From: Nitrosopumilus sp.
GTDB taxonomy: Archaea; Thermoproteota; Nitrososphaeria; Nitrososphaerales; Nitrosopumilaceae
Direction of reading: 5' to 3'
Assembly (NCBI GenBank): GCA_965203315.1
Contig: OZ241857.1
Coordinates: forward strand, 384,001-448,000
Length of the DNA: 64,000 bases
The translations under genes were made by a program, and so were the position numbers. Of the stretch, positions 41,419 to 52,080 are shown piece after piece. Each line of letters starts with the position of its first letter. The stretch's first letter is position 1. The notes beneath the pieces were generated by a model. It was not told the origin of the DNA, searched no databases, and worked only from the letters and a program-made list of their open reading frames with translations.

Positions 41419-42699
41419 ATGCCAAAATTAAACATAGAGCAACAAGACTCTGTAAAGATGTACAAGATTAGAAAGACGCTCGAAGAGCTATCTCACAAGA
41501 CTGGACGTGGTACAGAGTTGATAACGGTGTACATTCCAAAAGGTAAACAACTTCACGAGGTAATAAACACACTACAGCAAGAACAGGGAACAGCTGACAA
41601 CATAAAATCAGATACGACTAGAACTCATGTTGTAGACTCTTTAGGAAAGGTCATTCAGAGATTAAAACTATACAAAAAGACTCCCAAGAGAGGACTGGTA
41701 GTATTTTGTGGGGCACTGCCGCCAGAAGAAGGAGGACCACTTGGTAGCGAGGTGGTTATGGTATGGGAGGTTGATCCGCCAAAAGATCTCAATCAATACC
41801 TATACCGATGTGATGATCACTTTCATGTAGATATCTTGAAAGGGATGCTAAAGGATGACAATCTGATCGGATTCTTGGCAATAGATGCAAAAGACGCCGG
41901 GTGGGGTCTACTACACAGCGACAAGATCGAGGTCTTGTCTCAGACGGGTTCAGGCGTCTCTGGAAAACATCGACAAGGAGGACAGTCCGCCAAACGATTT
42001 CAAAAACTGCGCGAGATGGAACTCACACACTATTACAATCGGGTTGCACAGACGACACGTGAATACTTTATAGATATTTATCCAGTAAAAGGATTGATAG
42101 TATCTGGACCTGGCCCAACCAAAGAGGAGTTCATAAACGGAAATTATCTAGAGTATCGATTACAAAATAATATCATTTCTACAATCGACGCATCATATTC
42201 TGGTGCAGAAGGGATACGAGAAGCATTTGCAAAGTCATCTGATATCTTGGGGAACTTTAGAATGGTAGAAGAGAAGATACTGGTAGAAAGTCTCTTTAGA
42301 GAGATCAATGGTAATACTGGCAAGGGATCGTACGGACTAGACGAGGTCATTGATTTTCTAAAAGGCAATGTTGTAGGTACATTGATAATTACAGACGATA
42401 CAGGACTCGATCGTGTATATGCAAAATGTAATCGATGTAGAGATCTGCAAGAGGTTACACTAGAACGACATCTGACCATTCCAAAAAAGACAGAGTATTC
42501 CAACAGTCCATGCCCAAACTGCAACGCAATGGATAAAGAGATCCGAGAACAAGATATCATAGATTATCTAGAGCTACTTGCAGCAAAGACTGGCACTAAA
42601 TTAGAAGTGATCTCTGGCAGTACAGAGTATGGAAAGATGTTAGCTAGTCTGGGCAAAGTTGGTGCAATACTGAGATATAATCCTGGTCACGCTAGCTAG
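41419..42699 (+). CDS. prf1: Peptide chain release factor aRF1
   Basis: GTELI, NIKS, YRCD, GGQS; zinc-ribbon insert; start taken at ATG 41419. Confidence 0.97.
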   Translation: MPKLNIEQQDSVKMYKIRKTLEELSHKTGRGTELITVYIPKGKQLHEVINTLQQEQGTADNIKSDTTRTHVVDSLGKVIQRLKLYKKTPKRGLVVFCGALPPEEGGPLGSEVVMVWEVDPPKDLNQYLYRCDDHFHVDILKGMLKDDNLIGFLAIDAKDAGWGLLHSDKIEVLSQTGSGVSGKHRQGGQSAKRFQKLREMELTHYYNRVAQTTREYFIDIYPVKGLIVSGPGPTKEEFINGNYLEYRLQNNIISTIDASYSGAEGIREAFAKSSDILGNFRMVEEKILVESLFREINGNTGKGSYGLDEVIDFLKGNVVGTLIITDDTGLDRVYAKCNRCRDLQEVTLERHLTIPKKTEYSNSPCPNCNAMDKEIREQDIIDYLELLAAKTGTKLEVISGSTEYGKMLASLGKVGAILRYNPGHAS

Positions 42700-42810
42700 T
42701 ACTCGAGATGCTACGGATTTTGGCTGCAGGTACTGATAACTTGACGTCGTCTATGATCTCTCGTTTTGTCCAAACAGTTCCTCGTGCATTGTATGTAGGA
42801 ATTATATGAA

Positions 42811-42990
42811 CAGGTTCTGTTCAATTGACGAGAGTTGAGTTCGTGATGACGTTATCTCAAAGAACGCACAACATCTGACTCAAAACAGCAGCAATTTACG
42901 ATAGCCGATGTGAGGCTGTTTCCATATTTTGCAAAATTTTTCGAGAATTTTGTGCAGAAAACGCCAACCCGCATCAATTGAACAGAACCC
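42811..42990. mobile_element. 180-bp MITE, copy 2 (inverted)
   Basis: TIRs GGTTCTGTTCAATTGA / TCAATTGAACAGAACC; reverse-complement homologue of 13967-14146. Confidence 0.85.
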
Positions 42991-43037
42991 TAAAAATATA
43001 TCTTATATGTGACTATAATGATATTAAAGATGCGAGT

Positions 43038-43859
43038 ATGGAACGAGATCATGTTGATAGAATAGTGGACAAGATATCAAGTTTAGGTGAACAAGGCAGG
43101 CATGAAGAGGCATTAGCATTATGCGACAAAATGTTGAAGACTATGCCAAAGAGCTCGAGGATGTACATGATTAAAGCCGCTTATTATAAGAATCTCAAAG
43201 AATATGATAAAGCAATGAAGTGTATTGAACAAGCATTAGAATATTCTGATAAATACTCTAGAGCATCTTGCATATCTGTAAAGGCAGAGATTTTGTACCA
43301 TAGTCGTAGATATAGTGAAGCGATCGAGTTGATAGATAGATCGATACATAGTCGACTGTACTCACCAAACATGTATGCATTGAAAGGACTCGTCTTGCAT
43401 GCGCTTTATAGCAAATCTATGGACAAGAGAGAAGCAATGGAGATACTGCGCTGGTATGACAAATCATTAGAGTATGAACTAAATGATGTTATACTTGATA
43501 ACAAGGGAAGAATACTATACAATCTTGGCAGATATAATGAAGCGATCGAGTGTTATGAACGAGCACTGTCGATAAAACCCGAAAATGATCTATATTTAGA
43601 GAGTAAAGCCGCTTCGTTGTTTCTAGCAGACAGACTTGATGAATCCATCGAATGCTGCAGACAAGTAATCAAACTAGGCTCCAAAGATCCAAAGATACTG
43701 TTCTCATTGGCATGTACCATGTACAATCTTGATCTGTTCCAAGAAGCGCTAGATGCAGTAAACACTTCAATAAAACTAGATCCAACATCGGCTACAAGCT
43801 ATGAGCTTAGGCAAGATATCATGTCGGATTTACAATCTAGAACCAACAATCGATCATAG
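43038..43859 (+). CDS. Tetratricopeptide repeat protein
   Basis: Repeated KG..LY.LGRY.EA..CY..AL...P units; ATG 43038 chosen because TTG 42978 lies inside the MITE. Confidence 0.9.
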   Translation: MERDHVDRIVDKISSLGEQGRHEEALALCDKMLKTMPKSSRMYMIKAAYYKNLKEYDKAMKCIEQALEYSDKYSRASCISVKAEILYHSRRYSEAIELIDRSIHSRLYSPNMYALKGLVLHALYSKSMDKREAMEILRWYDKSLEYELNDVILDNKGRILYNLGRYNEAIECYERALSIKPENDLYLESKAASLFLADRLDESIECCRQVIKLGSKDPKILFSLACTMYNLDLFQEALDAVNTSIKLDPTSATSYELRQDIMSDLQSRTNNRS

Positions 43860-43927
43860 ATATCAAGTACTTAAATCTGCCGATTGACAACACAATAAAA
43901 ACAGATACGAAATCAAAAACATCTTGA

Positions 43928-44039
43928 GAATCTCTTCGGTTTACGCGGATGGCTTTTCGCAAGGTTTTTCGATAATTTTCTCCCGTAGAATCTCGTAGTG
44001 TTTTCTGACCCATCTATCCAACATAAACCGAAGAGATCC
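43928..44039. mobile_element. 112-bp MITE with IS6-type ends
   Basis: GAATCTCTTCGGTTTACG ... CATAAACCGAAGAGATCC; resembles the TIR of IS 46005-47508. Confidence 0.75.
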
Positions 44040-44168
44040 TAACAGATGTGTTTAACAAGAAACAATCTCCAAGCAGAGCAGTTATTCATGAGGAAACAAA
44101 AGTATGATGTTGTGTTGTCATTGATGTCAGGTATGATCTTTATGAAAAGTTTGTTTTTCGTGCATAAA

Positions 44169-44432
44169 CAGTTAACCCAAATATGTGTCTTTAGTGAAAG
44201 ATCTTACAACACTTGAGAAAAGTCATGAATCAATTATCACTACACAACCATGAGTTTGCTTTAAAACAACAACTGGCAAAACCGTTTGATCGATTTACGT
44301 CTAGAAACCTCACTTTCATTACAACTTTTGATTAGAAAATACATATGCAAAAATTACCGAGAGTATCTATTCGGTAATAGTCTCAGCGAAACATGACGCT
44401 GTCTTTTCAAAAAGGCACATTTGGGTTAACTG
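44169..44432. mobile_element. 264-bp ISH3-type MITE
   Basis: TIR CAGTTAACCCAAAT; 5-bp TSD ATAAA at 44164-44168 and 44433-44437; TIR nearly matches the ISH3 end at 45288. Confidence 0.85.
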
Positions 44433-44566
44433 ATAAACAACATGTCGACCTAATGTCATACAAACAAAATGTGAACAACGTGTCAGATGAGTAAGTGAAC
44501 TATTTTCTATACTCTAGTGTCTTCGACCACACATAAACTTTAAATACCAGCCACGAGTATTTAACT

Positions 44567-45184
44567 TTGATAACCATGAGAGAATTTGTGCTAGGCGTCT
44601 ATGACACAGTCATAGCAATAATGGATACATCGGAACAGATAACAGCCGCCGGTGCCAATCAGAGTGAGTTGATTGGAAGAACATCAATTCAAAAATTAAC
44701 ATATTTGATACAGCAAGCTTCTGACGCTGTAGAATTATCTGAATTTACACCATATCCATATGGACCTTACAGTCCTACAATTAGCCTAGTGATGAGGGAG
44801 TTGGTATCCCATGTCATTATAGAGGAAAGTAAAATTTCTGAAAAGAGTCATGACAATTATAGATACAAATTGACCGCAGATGGAAAGTCCATGGCAGAAG
44901 ATATTCAAAAAAATTGCAAAGATATCTATGAAGGGATTAAAAAATTGGTAAAAAAATGTCATGAATCTTGTTGTCTTAAAACAAGCCCGTTATCATATGC
45001 AGCAAAGTTACATTACATCACAAGCAAAGCTGAAAAGGAAAAAATAACTAGTGATGACCTAGAGAGACGAGCAAATGCACTAGGCTGGGATCTCAAAGAC
45101 AAAGATGTGAGCCAAGGAATAAGCGTACTCAAAAAATTAAATTTGATGGAGGACGAGTTACAAATAAATCAACAGTTACGATAG
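44567..45184 (+). CDS. Panacea/DUF4065 (YwgA-like) protein
   Basis: GRTSIQKLTYL, FTPYPYGPYS, Y.Y.LT..G. Confidence 0.7.
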   Translation: MITMREFVLGVYDTVIAIMDTSEQITAAGANQSELIGRTSIQKLTYLIQQASDAVELSEFTPYPYGPYSPTISLVMRELVSHVIIEESKISEKSHDNYRYKLTADGKSMAEDIQKNCKDIYEGIKKLVKKCHESCCLKTSPLSYAAKLHYITSKAEKEKITSDDLERRANALGWDLKDKDVSQGISVLKKLNLMEDELQINQQLR

Positions 45185-45287
45185 CAAAATTTAAACTGTT
45201 TTACTAGTCTCTTCAAATTTAGACTCCACTAACAAGTGTGCAAAACACACATAGTCATGACCAAAAATAATTTCCAGCATCTATAGT

Positions 45288-46001
45288 CAGTTAACGCAAA
45301 TGTGATCTTAAAACCTATAAACAAAAATAGAAAGATCTATAAAGGGTATTAAAAATTAATAACCATTGCAAAACCAAATTGAAAAATATGAACGAAAGTT
45401 TGCAAAATACATTGAAGATAATAAAATTACAAAATGGTTAACCGAAATATCTTTTCCAATATCGCAAAATTACAATGCCATGTATGGTACTTCTACAGTT
45501 TTCTCTCTCTTGTTTAAGTCGATAATGTCAAAAGCAAATATTGCAGATGTTGCAAATAATAATAAAGACAATGGTATGCCTACCGGTGAATGGGTTAGAA
45601 CATTATTCATAAAAATGGTAAATGAATGTGATCCAGCAGCAATGTTTGATAGGGTAGTTAAGGAACAAATTAGAATATTAAAACGCAAGGGGCGTTGGCC
45701 TAGTGTTCAAGACATTGCAATAGATATACACAAGGATCTGAGGTTCGATAAAACAGAAAGTGATTATCTGCATCGTGGTAAGATTGACAAGAAGACATGT
45801 CAGTATCAAAAACACATCACAGCTCAAATCACCATCAACGGGTCATCAATAGTGTTTGCAATATTTAGCATGTCAGACGAAGACACAAACGTTGATTGTA
45901 TACGTAGGAGTTCATGCGAAAGTCATTTTCAGGCACATATGATGTGTGATGGGTCAAATCTGACTAAATTCTCCGAGTTATTGCGGGTTTCGTGTATGTG
46001 A
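45288..46001 (+). pseudogene. Truncated ISH3 element (left TIR plus transposase N-terminal half)
   Basis: CAGTTAACGCAAATGTG at 45288; ORF 45366-46001 has PTGEWVR, IAID, HITAQ similar to 37558-38127; DRG and YxxRW motifs missing. Confidence 0.8.
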
Positions 46002-46004
46002 GGA

Positions 46005-47508
46005 GGATGTTTTCGATTTACGTTGGATGGTTTTTTAGACGACTTTTTCCTAAAACTACCCAACACTTCAAAAATAAAGCGATTGCGTCATATTTACTAG
46101 ATTTCTATTTGTAATTTAGTATATGATAGAAAACTTTAAATGAATAAAATTTTTTTAACTAAAAAATTAACTTTTTTTAAAAAAAGTGGTATATACTAGT
46201 ATATTTCTACTACACATGTGAAGCAAAATCTAGAGCAAATCTGCATGTCTGATGCTACAAAAGAATATTTGGAAATGTGCAAGTGTGTCAAAAAAGTACA
46301 AGATAACCACTACAAAGTCAAGATTCAAACAGGAGATGAAACATACGATGTTATGGGTGAACCAGGAAATTGGTTTTGCACTTGTAAAGGCTACAAGTTT
46401 GGAAAAAAGAGATGCAAACATGTCAAAATGGTTGATATCGTAGTGGAGGTTGGGACAAAAACAAAAGAAACTACGCTAGAGTCACTAAATGATGGCAAGA
46501 TTTGTTGTAAACATTGTGGCACACTAGAGACTGTAAAAAATGGCATCAGACCTAACAAAAATTATGATAATCAAAAATATTACTGCAAGATATGCGAGGT
46601 ATCGTTTTCTGGAAATGTAGGATTTGAGGGACTAGCCGCGTCACCAGAGCATGTAACTGATGCAATACATTTACATCTTACAGGATCTAGCTTGAGTGAA
46701 GTCGTACAATTTTTGGCAAAGAAAGGTGTCAAAGTTGGGTGTACCACCATTCACGACTGGACTGTAAGATACGTCAAATTGATGGATGAGTACATTTCAA
46801 CACTCGCACCTCAAATTGGTGAGATATATCATGCTGATGAAGTGTGGTTCGAGATCAATGGCAAACTGCATTATCTCTTTGCGATGCTGGATCGTAAAAC
46901 AAGGTTTTGGCTGGGCAGTCAAGTTGGCAAGAAGAAAAATAAAGCACAAGTCAATAAATTATTTAAAGAAGCAGAAAAGATTGCACAAAAAACACCATCT
47001 GTGCTGATAACTGATGGCGCAGCTTGTTATGAAGCATCGTTTAAGAAGATATTTGCAAAAGCAAAATCAGGCAAGTCATCTATTCACATTAGAGAAATTC
47101 ACATGGCAGGTGATCATGTACACAACAATGAGATGGAGAGTTTTAATGGAAAGTTTAGACATGTTGAACAAAAAATCAAAGGCTTCAAAAATGCTTTTCT
47201 TATTCGTGGAATTAGAATACATTACAATTACATTAGACCACATATGGGTTTAAACAGTGACACACCAGCCGACAGAGCTGGAATTATCATAAAAGGAGCA
47301 AATAAATGGCGCACATTAATACTGAACGCAGTGAAAACTCTGTATAATTTTAAATTTGTCTAGTAAATTCTAACAGAATTAAATAACAAGTGTTTTTTTA
47401 ATTGACATTTTAATACAAAGTTTGAATATTTCGTTTCAATAATTCCATAAAGTCTTGCAATGATGTGTCTGTAAAAAAAAATCCATCCAACGTAAATCGA
47501 AAAGATCC
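46005..47508 (+). mobile_element. IS6-family insertion sequence without TSD
   Basis: 26-bp TIR GGAT(G/C)TTTTCGATTTACGTTGGATGG; flanks TGTGAGGA and CTCAACTA differ. Confidence 0.88.
46218..47363 (+). CDS. IS6-like transposase with SWIM finger and zinc ribbon
   Basis: WFCTC..CKH, CKHC..CKIC, HADE, ITDG, NNEMESFNG, YNYIRPH. Confidence 0.9.
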   Translation: MKQNLEQICMSDATKEYLEMCKCVKKVQDNHYKVKIQTGDETYDVMGEPGNWFCTCKGYKFGKKRCKHVKMVDIVVEVGTKTKETTLESLNDGKICCKHCGTLETVKNGIRPNKNYDNQKYYCKICEVSFSGNVGFEGLAASPEHVTDAIHLHLTGSSLSEVVQFLAKKGVKVGCTTIHDWTVRYVKLMDEYISTLAPQIGEIYHADEVWFEINGKLHYLFAMLDRKTRFWLGSQVGKKKNKAQVNKLFKEAEKIAQKTPSVLITDGAACYEASFKKIFAKAKSGKSSIHIREIHMAGDHVHNNEMESFNGKFRHVEQKIKGFKNAFLIRGIRIHYNYIRPHMGLNSDTPADRAGIIIKGANKWRTLILNAVKTLYNFKFV

Positions 47509-47509
47509 C

Positions 47510-47858
47510 TCAACTAAACAACATACTAGAATCATTTAACAGCCAACGTTCGTCCTTGAACAATCCACAAATAATTCGTTTATTAGAAAATTATTTTATT
47601 GAACTGGCTCTAGTTATCTGTGAGTTGGGTAGATTGATAAGATCAGGCAGAAATGTATTCATGGTAAATGACAATGTACGCTATCATGGTATTGAGATTC
47701 CTGTTGACTTGATCCTAACCGATTTTGCAGAACAGAGTGGTTTTAGATGTGAGTCAATACGTATTTTGAAACGAGGTAAAGGAAACTCTAGCCAACAAAT
47801 GGGCAAGTTTGGCAAACAAGAGTTACGTAAATGTGTATACCATTGGTACAAACTATGA
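47510..47858 (+). pseudogene. C-terminal fragment of an amino-DNA methyltransferase
   Basis: VNDNVRY, PVDLIL, KGNSSQQMG; 5' part missing at the IS6 right end. Confidence 0.7.
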
Positions 47859-48804
47859 TAGACGAACTCGACTCTGCTAAAGAACGTGCAGTCACAATAA
47901 GTAAATTCGTAAAAAGTAGAATAAATCTAGATATCACATCAAAGATTAATGATCTTAAATTTGATCGAAATGAGTATGGTGATCTCGAGACTTTGGGTAT
48001 AAGTAAGGATGCATGGCTTTACATACTGAGCCAAGACATCGAACCAGAATTAGTATTTGCCCACCCAACAATTTTGATGACTATGCCACAATCATCATTA
48101 GACTATCGTGGAATTTCAACGTTGTCACTTAAACGTGTACAAACATTGGCATATCTGTAAAAGATGGGAAGATGGAACATATACAAGTCCATCAAAGTCA
48201 AAATGCGAAAAGATTGCTAAACTGTACAATACCATAATATCGACAATAATTCTGAATTCAGATGGTTGGACTAGAGAATGGTTATCGAAATATCGTGGCA
48301 ACGTTAGGGATAACAGCGGACGGACAGATAAGAAATCTCATTGGAGTTGAGGGTGAGACTAGTATCAGGCAATTAATTGTAAATTGGTTAGAGTCAGTTC
48401 CTGAAATATCGATCGAATCTATTGATGATCACTATCTTTTATCTAGTGGATCCAAAGTTGTTAAAATGATCTTTGCATCTGATCCAGATATAATATTTAT
48501 GACCAAACTTGATGATGAATGGAAGATTATGTCAACGATAGAGATAAAGAGCGGTACAGATCCTGCAGGAGCCTTAGAAAGATTAGGAGCAATTCAGAAG
48601 AGTTTTAAAGAAATACCAACTCAATCAAAAAATTTTGTTGTTCTTGGCGTAACCACTAGAGAAATGTTCAGTCGTCTAGAAAAAATGAATGTTGAAAAAA
48701 TATTTGACTTGTTTGATATATTGTATGGACACAAAAAGATAGAATTTCTTAACGAGATATTTCATTACACGTTAAGATTCGTACCCAAGGACATACGTTC
48801 ATAA
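47855..48804 (+). pseudogene. XcyI-like type II restriction endonuclease, frameshifted
   Basis: Three overlapping frames; PD-(D/E)xK core SDPDI..IEIKSGTDPAGALERLG. Confidence 0.7.
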
Positions 48805-48830
48805 TAAATTATACATATCTTGATTCATCA

Positions 48831-48892
48831 ACACAAACATAATCTGGAAAGGCATTTGACAAGTACTAGTCTCATTCTTTTACAACAGAATA
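48831..48892 (+). pseudogene. Relic of the 5' end of a HaeIII-family REase gene
   Basis: Aligns by eye with 53271-53333 (TQT*SGKAF vs TQTQSGKAF; shared CTTT(T)ACAAC). Confidence 0.55.
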
Positions 48893-48980
48893 GTGTACGA
48901 GACAGGTATAGCATCATGGTAAATTAGACATACCAAGCTAATTAATATATACAAAGACGAGATCTCCATATCAGATAAAG

Positions 48981-49937
48981 ATGTATCCACATATACTTGC
49001 CACAAAGACAAAGGCCTTTCTGTACCATGCGGACTGCCTAGATGTAATACCGACACTAAAGAAGAATATCGATCTCACATTTCTAGATCCGCCATTCAAT
49101 CAAGGTAAAGACTATGAGAATCACAACGATATGCTACCCGAAGAGCAATACTGGAACATGATGAAAACAGTTTGTAAAGATGTTTATGACAAGACCAATG
49201 ACGGCGGTTGTATCTATTTTATGCAGAGAGAGAAAAATACTATACATGTATTGAATATATTACAAGAGACAGGCTGGACATTCCAAAACTGCATAATCTG
49301 GAAGAAAAAGACTTCGGCAGTTCCTATGCGTTATCGTTATGGCAAGTCGTATCAAGTTATCGTCTTTGCGACTAGAGGTAGTGCACCAAAGACATTCAAC
49401 AAACTTCGGATAAACCCTGAAACTCCACCACACTATAAACTAAAACGAGACAATGGTATCTTTGTTACAGATGTGTGGGATGACATACGAGAGTTGACAT
49501 CTGGCTATTTTGCAGGTGAAGAGCCACTCGTTGATAACAATGGTAGATTCCACAAACAACAGACATCACTTGAAGTGTTGTTGAGAATCATACTATCTTC
49601 TACACAGAAAGGTGATACAATACTAGATCCCTTTGCCGGTACTGGTACCACGTCACTTGTGGCGTCACAACTATCAAGAAGGAGCATCTCTATCGAGAAA
49701 GCAAAGAGAAATATCACTTGTATCAAAAAACGTATTGAGAATATCCGCACAGTTGATAACATTGAGAGACATTACGACAAGTATAGTTTTACCGAAAATT
49801 TATCTACAATCTGGGATTATACCAATGATGCCATGTTGGGTCATTCAGATAAACAAACTAGATCGACTTTAAGAGACACTAACTCTCAATTAATGGCAAA
49901 CGGTCTCACCAAAAAGGAGGATGATCACAAGTGTTAA
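48981..49937 (+). CDS. Beta-class N6/N4 DNA methyltransferase
   Basis: DPPF precedes LDPFAGTGTT. Confidence 0.9.
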   Translation: MYPHILATKTKAFLYHADCLDVIPTLKKNIDLTFLDPPFNQGKDYENHNDMLPEEQYWNMMKTVCKDVYDKTNDGGCIYFMQREKNTIHVLNILQETGWTFQNCIIWKKKTSAVPMRYRYGKSYQVIVFATRGSAPKTFNKLRINPETPPHYKLKRDNGIFVTDVWDDIRELTSGYFAGEEPLVDNNGRFHKQQTSLEVLLRIILSSTQKGDTILDPFAGTGTTSLVASQLSRRSISIEKAKRNITCIKKRIENIRTVDNIERHYDKYSFTENLSTIWDYTNDAMLGHSDKQTRSTLRDTNSQLMANGLTKKEDDHKC

Positions 49938-51229
49938 AGAGTATACACAAAAACAAGCCAAGTGAAGAATGGACATTTCTAGATATCAGTACCAAAAAAT
50001 ATACACACGCTTTACATCTATACCCTGCGCGCATGCATCCAGAGATAGCCAAACGTTTAATCATAAAATATGCTGACAAGAACGATGTGATTCTAGATCC
50101 ATTTGCAGGATCAGGCGGAGTCATACTTGAATCAATAATACAAGGACACAACTCTATTGGAATTGACATAAATCCATTTGCGGTATTGCTTTCAAGAGTA
50201 AAGACCACGCCGATAGAGAAAAATCTTGCACAAACATTAAAGAGAATAATATCAAATTCATCTAGAGATTGTCACGATAAAGATTATCATCTAGAGTGTG
50301 TTCCAGATACAATAGATCTGAAACAATGGTATCCTAGTTACTCTCTCAAGAGACTTGCTAGTTTAAAATACCATGTATTCAAGATTCGAGATATCAACGT
50401 GAGGGACTTTTTCAAGATATGTCTCTCACTTGCCATTAGGAGATCAAGCTATCAACGAAATGGTGCTTGGAAGATTCATAGAATCTCAGAATCAGATAGA
50501 ACATACTTTAAACCAGATCCTATAAAGATATTTGCAGATATTGCTCAAGATAACATAAACAAGATGCATGACCTAGTAATCACTAAACCAAAAGGCAAAG
50601 CATATGTTCAACTAGGCGATTCTAGAGATATCACGGGCATCTTTTCAAAGATCAATAACAATATACTACAAGAAAGAAAGGCAAATCTAGTAATCACTTC
50701 ACCACCTTATGGAGATCATAGCACTACAGTAGCATATGGTCAATTCTCAAAACACTCTAGCATGTGGCTAGAGCTAGGGAAAGAGAGTGCACTTGCAGTT
50801 GATTCAATTGGTTTGGGAGGTACTCAAAAAACAGGTGAGGAACTAGGATCAGATATACTAAATGACACATTAGACAAAGTTTACAAAAATGACATTAAAA
50901 TGACAAAGAACAAAAAACCATGTCGAGTATCTGCTGTATACTCTTTCTTTTATGACTTGGACAAATGTATGTACGAGATATCTAAAAATCTAGTTCCTGA
51001 CAAGAGTCATTGCTGTCTTGTTGTCGCCAATAGAACAGTTAGACGTGTTGTGATTCCAACCGATCAAATCACAATAGATCTAGGTAAAAAGTATGGATTC
51101 CGAGTAGAGCAGATAATCAAACGAGACATACCAAACAAATCTATGCCAATAAAGAATGCACCAGAGAATATTACAAACGAGACAGGCAATACAATGACTC
51201 AAGAAAAAGTTATAGTCCTGAGTTACTGA
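49931..51229 (+). CDS. Alpha-class N4-cytosine methyltransferase, M.MvaI-like
   Basis: THALHLYPARMHPEIA, DPFAGSG, then ITSPPYG. Confidence 0.88.
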   Translation: MLKSIHKNKPSEEWTFLDISTKKYTHALHLYPARMHPEIAKRLIIKYADKNDVILDPFAGSGGVILESIIQGHNSIGIDINPFAVLLSRVKTTPIEKNLAQTLKRIISNSSRDCHDKDYHLECVPDTIDLKQWYPSYSLKRLASLKYHVFKIRDINVRDFFKICLSLAIRRSSYQRNGAWKIHRISESDRTYFKPDPIKIFADIAQDNINKMHDLVITKPKGKAYVQLGDSRDITGIFSKINNNILQERKANLVITSPPYGDHSTTVAYGQFSKHSSMWLELGKESALAVDSIGLGGTQKTGEELGSDILNDTLDKVYKNDIKMTKNKKPCRVSAVYSFFYDLDKCMYEISKNLVPDKSHCCLVVANRTVRRVVIPTDQITIDLGKKYGFRVEQIIKRDIPNKSMPIKNAPENITNETGNTMTQEKVIVLSY

Positions 51230-51231
51230 GC

Positions 51232-51951
51232 GTGTTATCAATGAGACGCTATGAAGATATTCTGAAAGATCTGATCGAAATAAAAGAACGTGGTTTTATC
51301 AAAACACATAGAAGAGGAAATACAGGTGTAGGTAAGACTTTGGAAGATCTGTTGAACATCAAAGAGAACAATATTCCAGGGCCTAACAGTCATTTGACCG
51401 AACTAAAGTCATCTAGAAAGAACACTCAAAGTATGTTGACATTATTTACAAAATCGCCTCTACCAACAAAGATAAACGGAAGACTGTTTGATGTGTTTGG
51501 TCGTAGAAACAGAGATGGCAAGAAATCTCTACATACCATTCTAAACGCTACCTCGAGAAATACTCTGTATGGCAAGAGAGGGTTCATTATCAAGATAAAC
51601 GGCACGAGAATTGAGATTGATTGTCCTACAGATGATCTTGGACAAGTACCATACTGGAATGAATACATTTTAGAGAAATTCTTTAATCGTAAATACGTTA
51701 AAAATCTATTGTATGTGAAAGCCGATCATAGAAATAAAGGAGTAAATGAAGAGTTTCATTACACTGAGGCATATCTTTTGAGTGGATTTAGTTTTAAACA
51801 TTTCAAGAAACTACTCAAAGAGGGTAAAATTCGGATAGATGTAAGAATTGGACAACACTCCGACGGTACTCCTCACGATCACGGTACGGGGTTTAGGATA
51901 ATGCACAATGATCTCGATTTGTGTTTTTCAACCCGAGAAAGGGTGCTATAA
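51232..51951 (+). CDS. MvaI/BcnI-family restriction endonuclease
   Basis: TGVGKTLEDLL, ENN, ELKS, LTLFTKSP, HDHGTGFRI. Confidence 0.9.
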   Translation: MLSMRRYEDILKDLIEIKERGFIKTHRRGNTGVGKTLEDLLNIKENNIPGPNSHLTELKSSRKNTQSMLTLFTKSPLPTKINGRLFDVFGRRNRDGKKSLHTILNATSRNTLYGKRGFIIKINGTRIEIDCPTDDLGQVPYWNEYILEKFFNRKYVKNLLYVKADHRNKGVNEEFHYTEAYLLSGFSFKHFKKLLKEGKIRIDVRIGQHSDGTPHDHGTGFRIMHNDLDLCFSTRERVL

Positions 51952-52011
51952 GTTTGGAAACCAAATCCGGAAACGAGGACCTGGATCATTTAGATACTAA
52001 ACCATGCAATT

Positions 52012-52080
52012 TTTCTCACTTTAATACAAAATTTCTCTCATGTACACATGAAAGTACTATCACTGCCTAGCAGATCACTC
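52012..52080 (+). repeat. 69-bp direct repeat, copy 1
   Basis: TTTCTCACTTTAATACAAAATTTCTC..TGAAAGTACTATCACTGCCTAGCA; copy 2 at 54297-54365. Confidence 0.9.

Noticed and set aside
41371-42699. Zinc-ribbon insert in aRF1 as a novelty
   Set aside because: A known feature of aRF1 in several archaeal lineages
42978-43037. Longer N-terminus of the TPR protein
   Set aside because: The TTG start lies within the MITE terminal repeat
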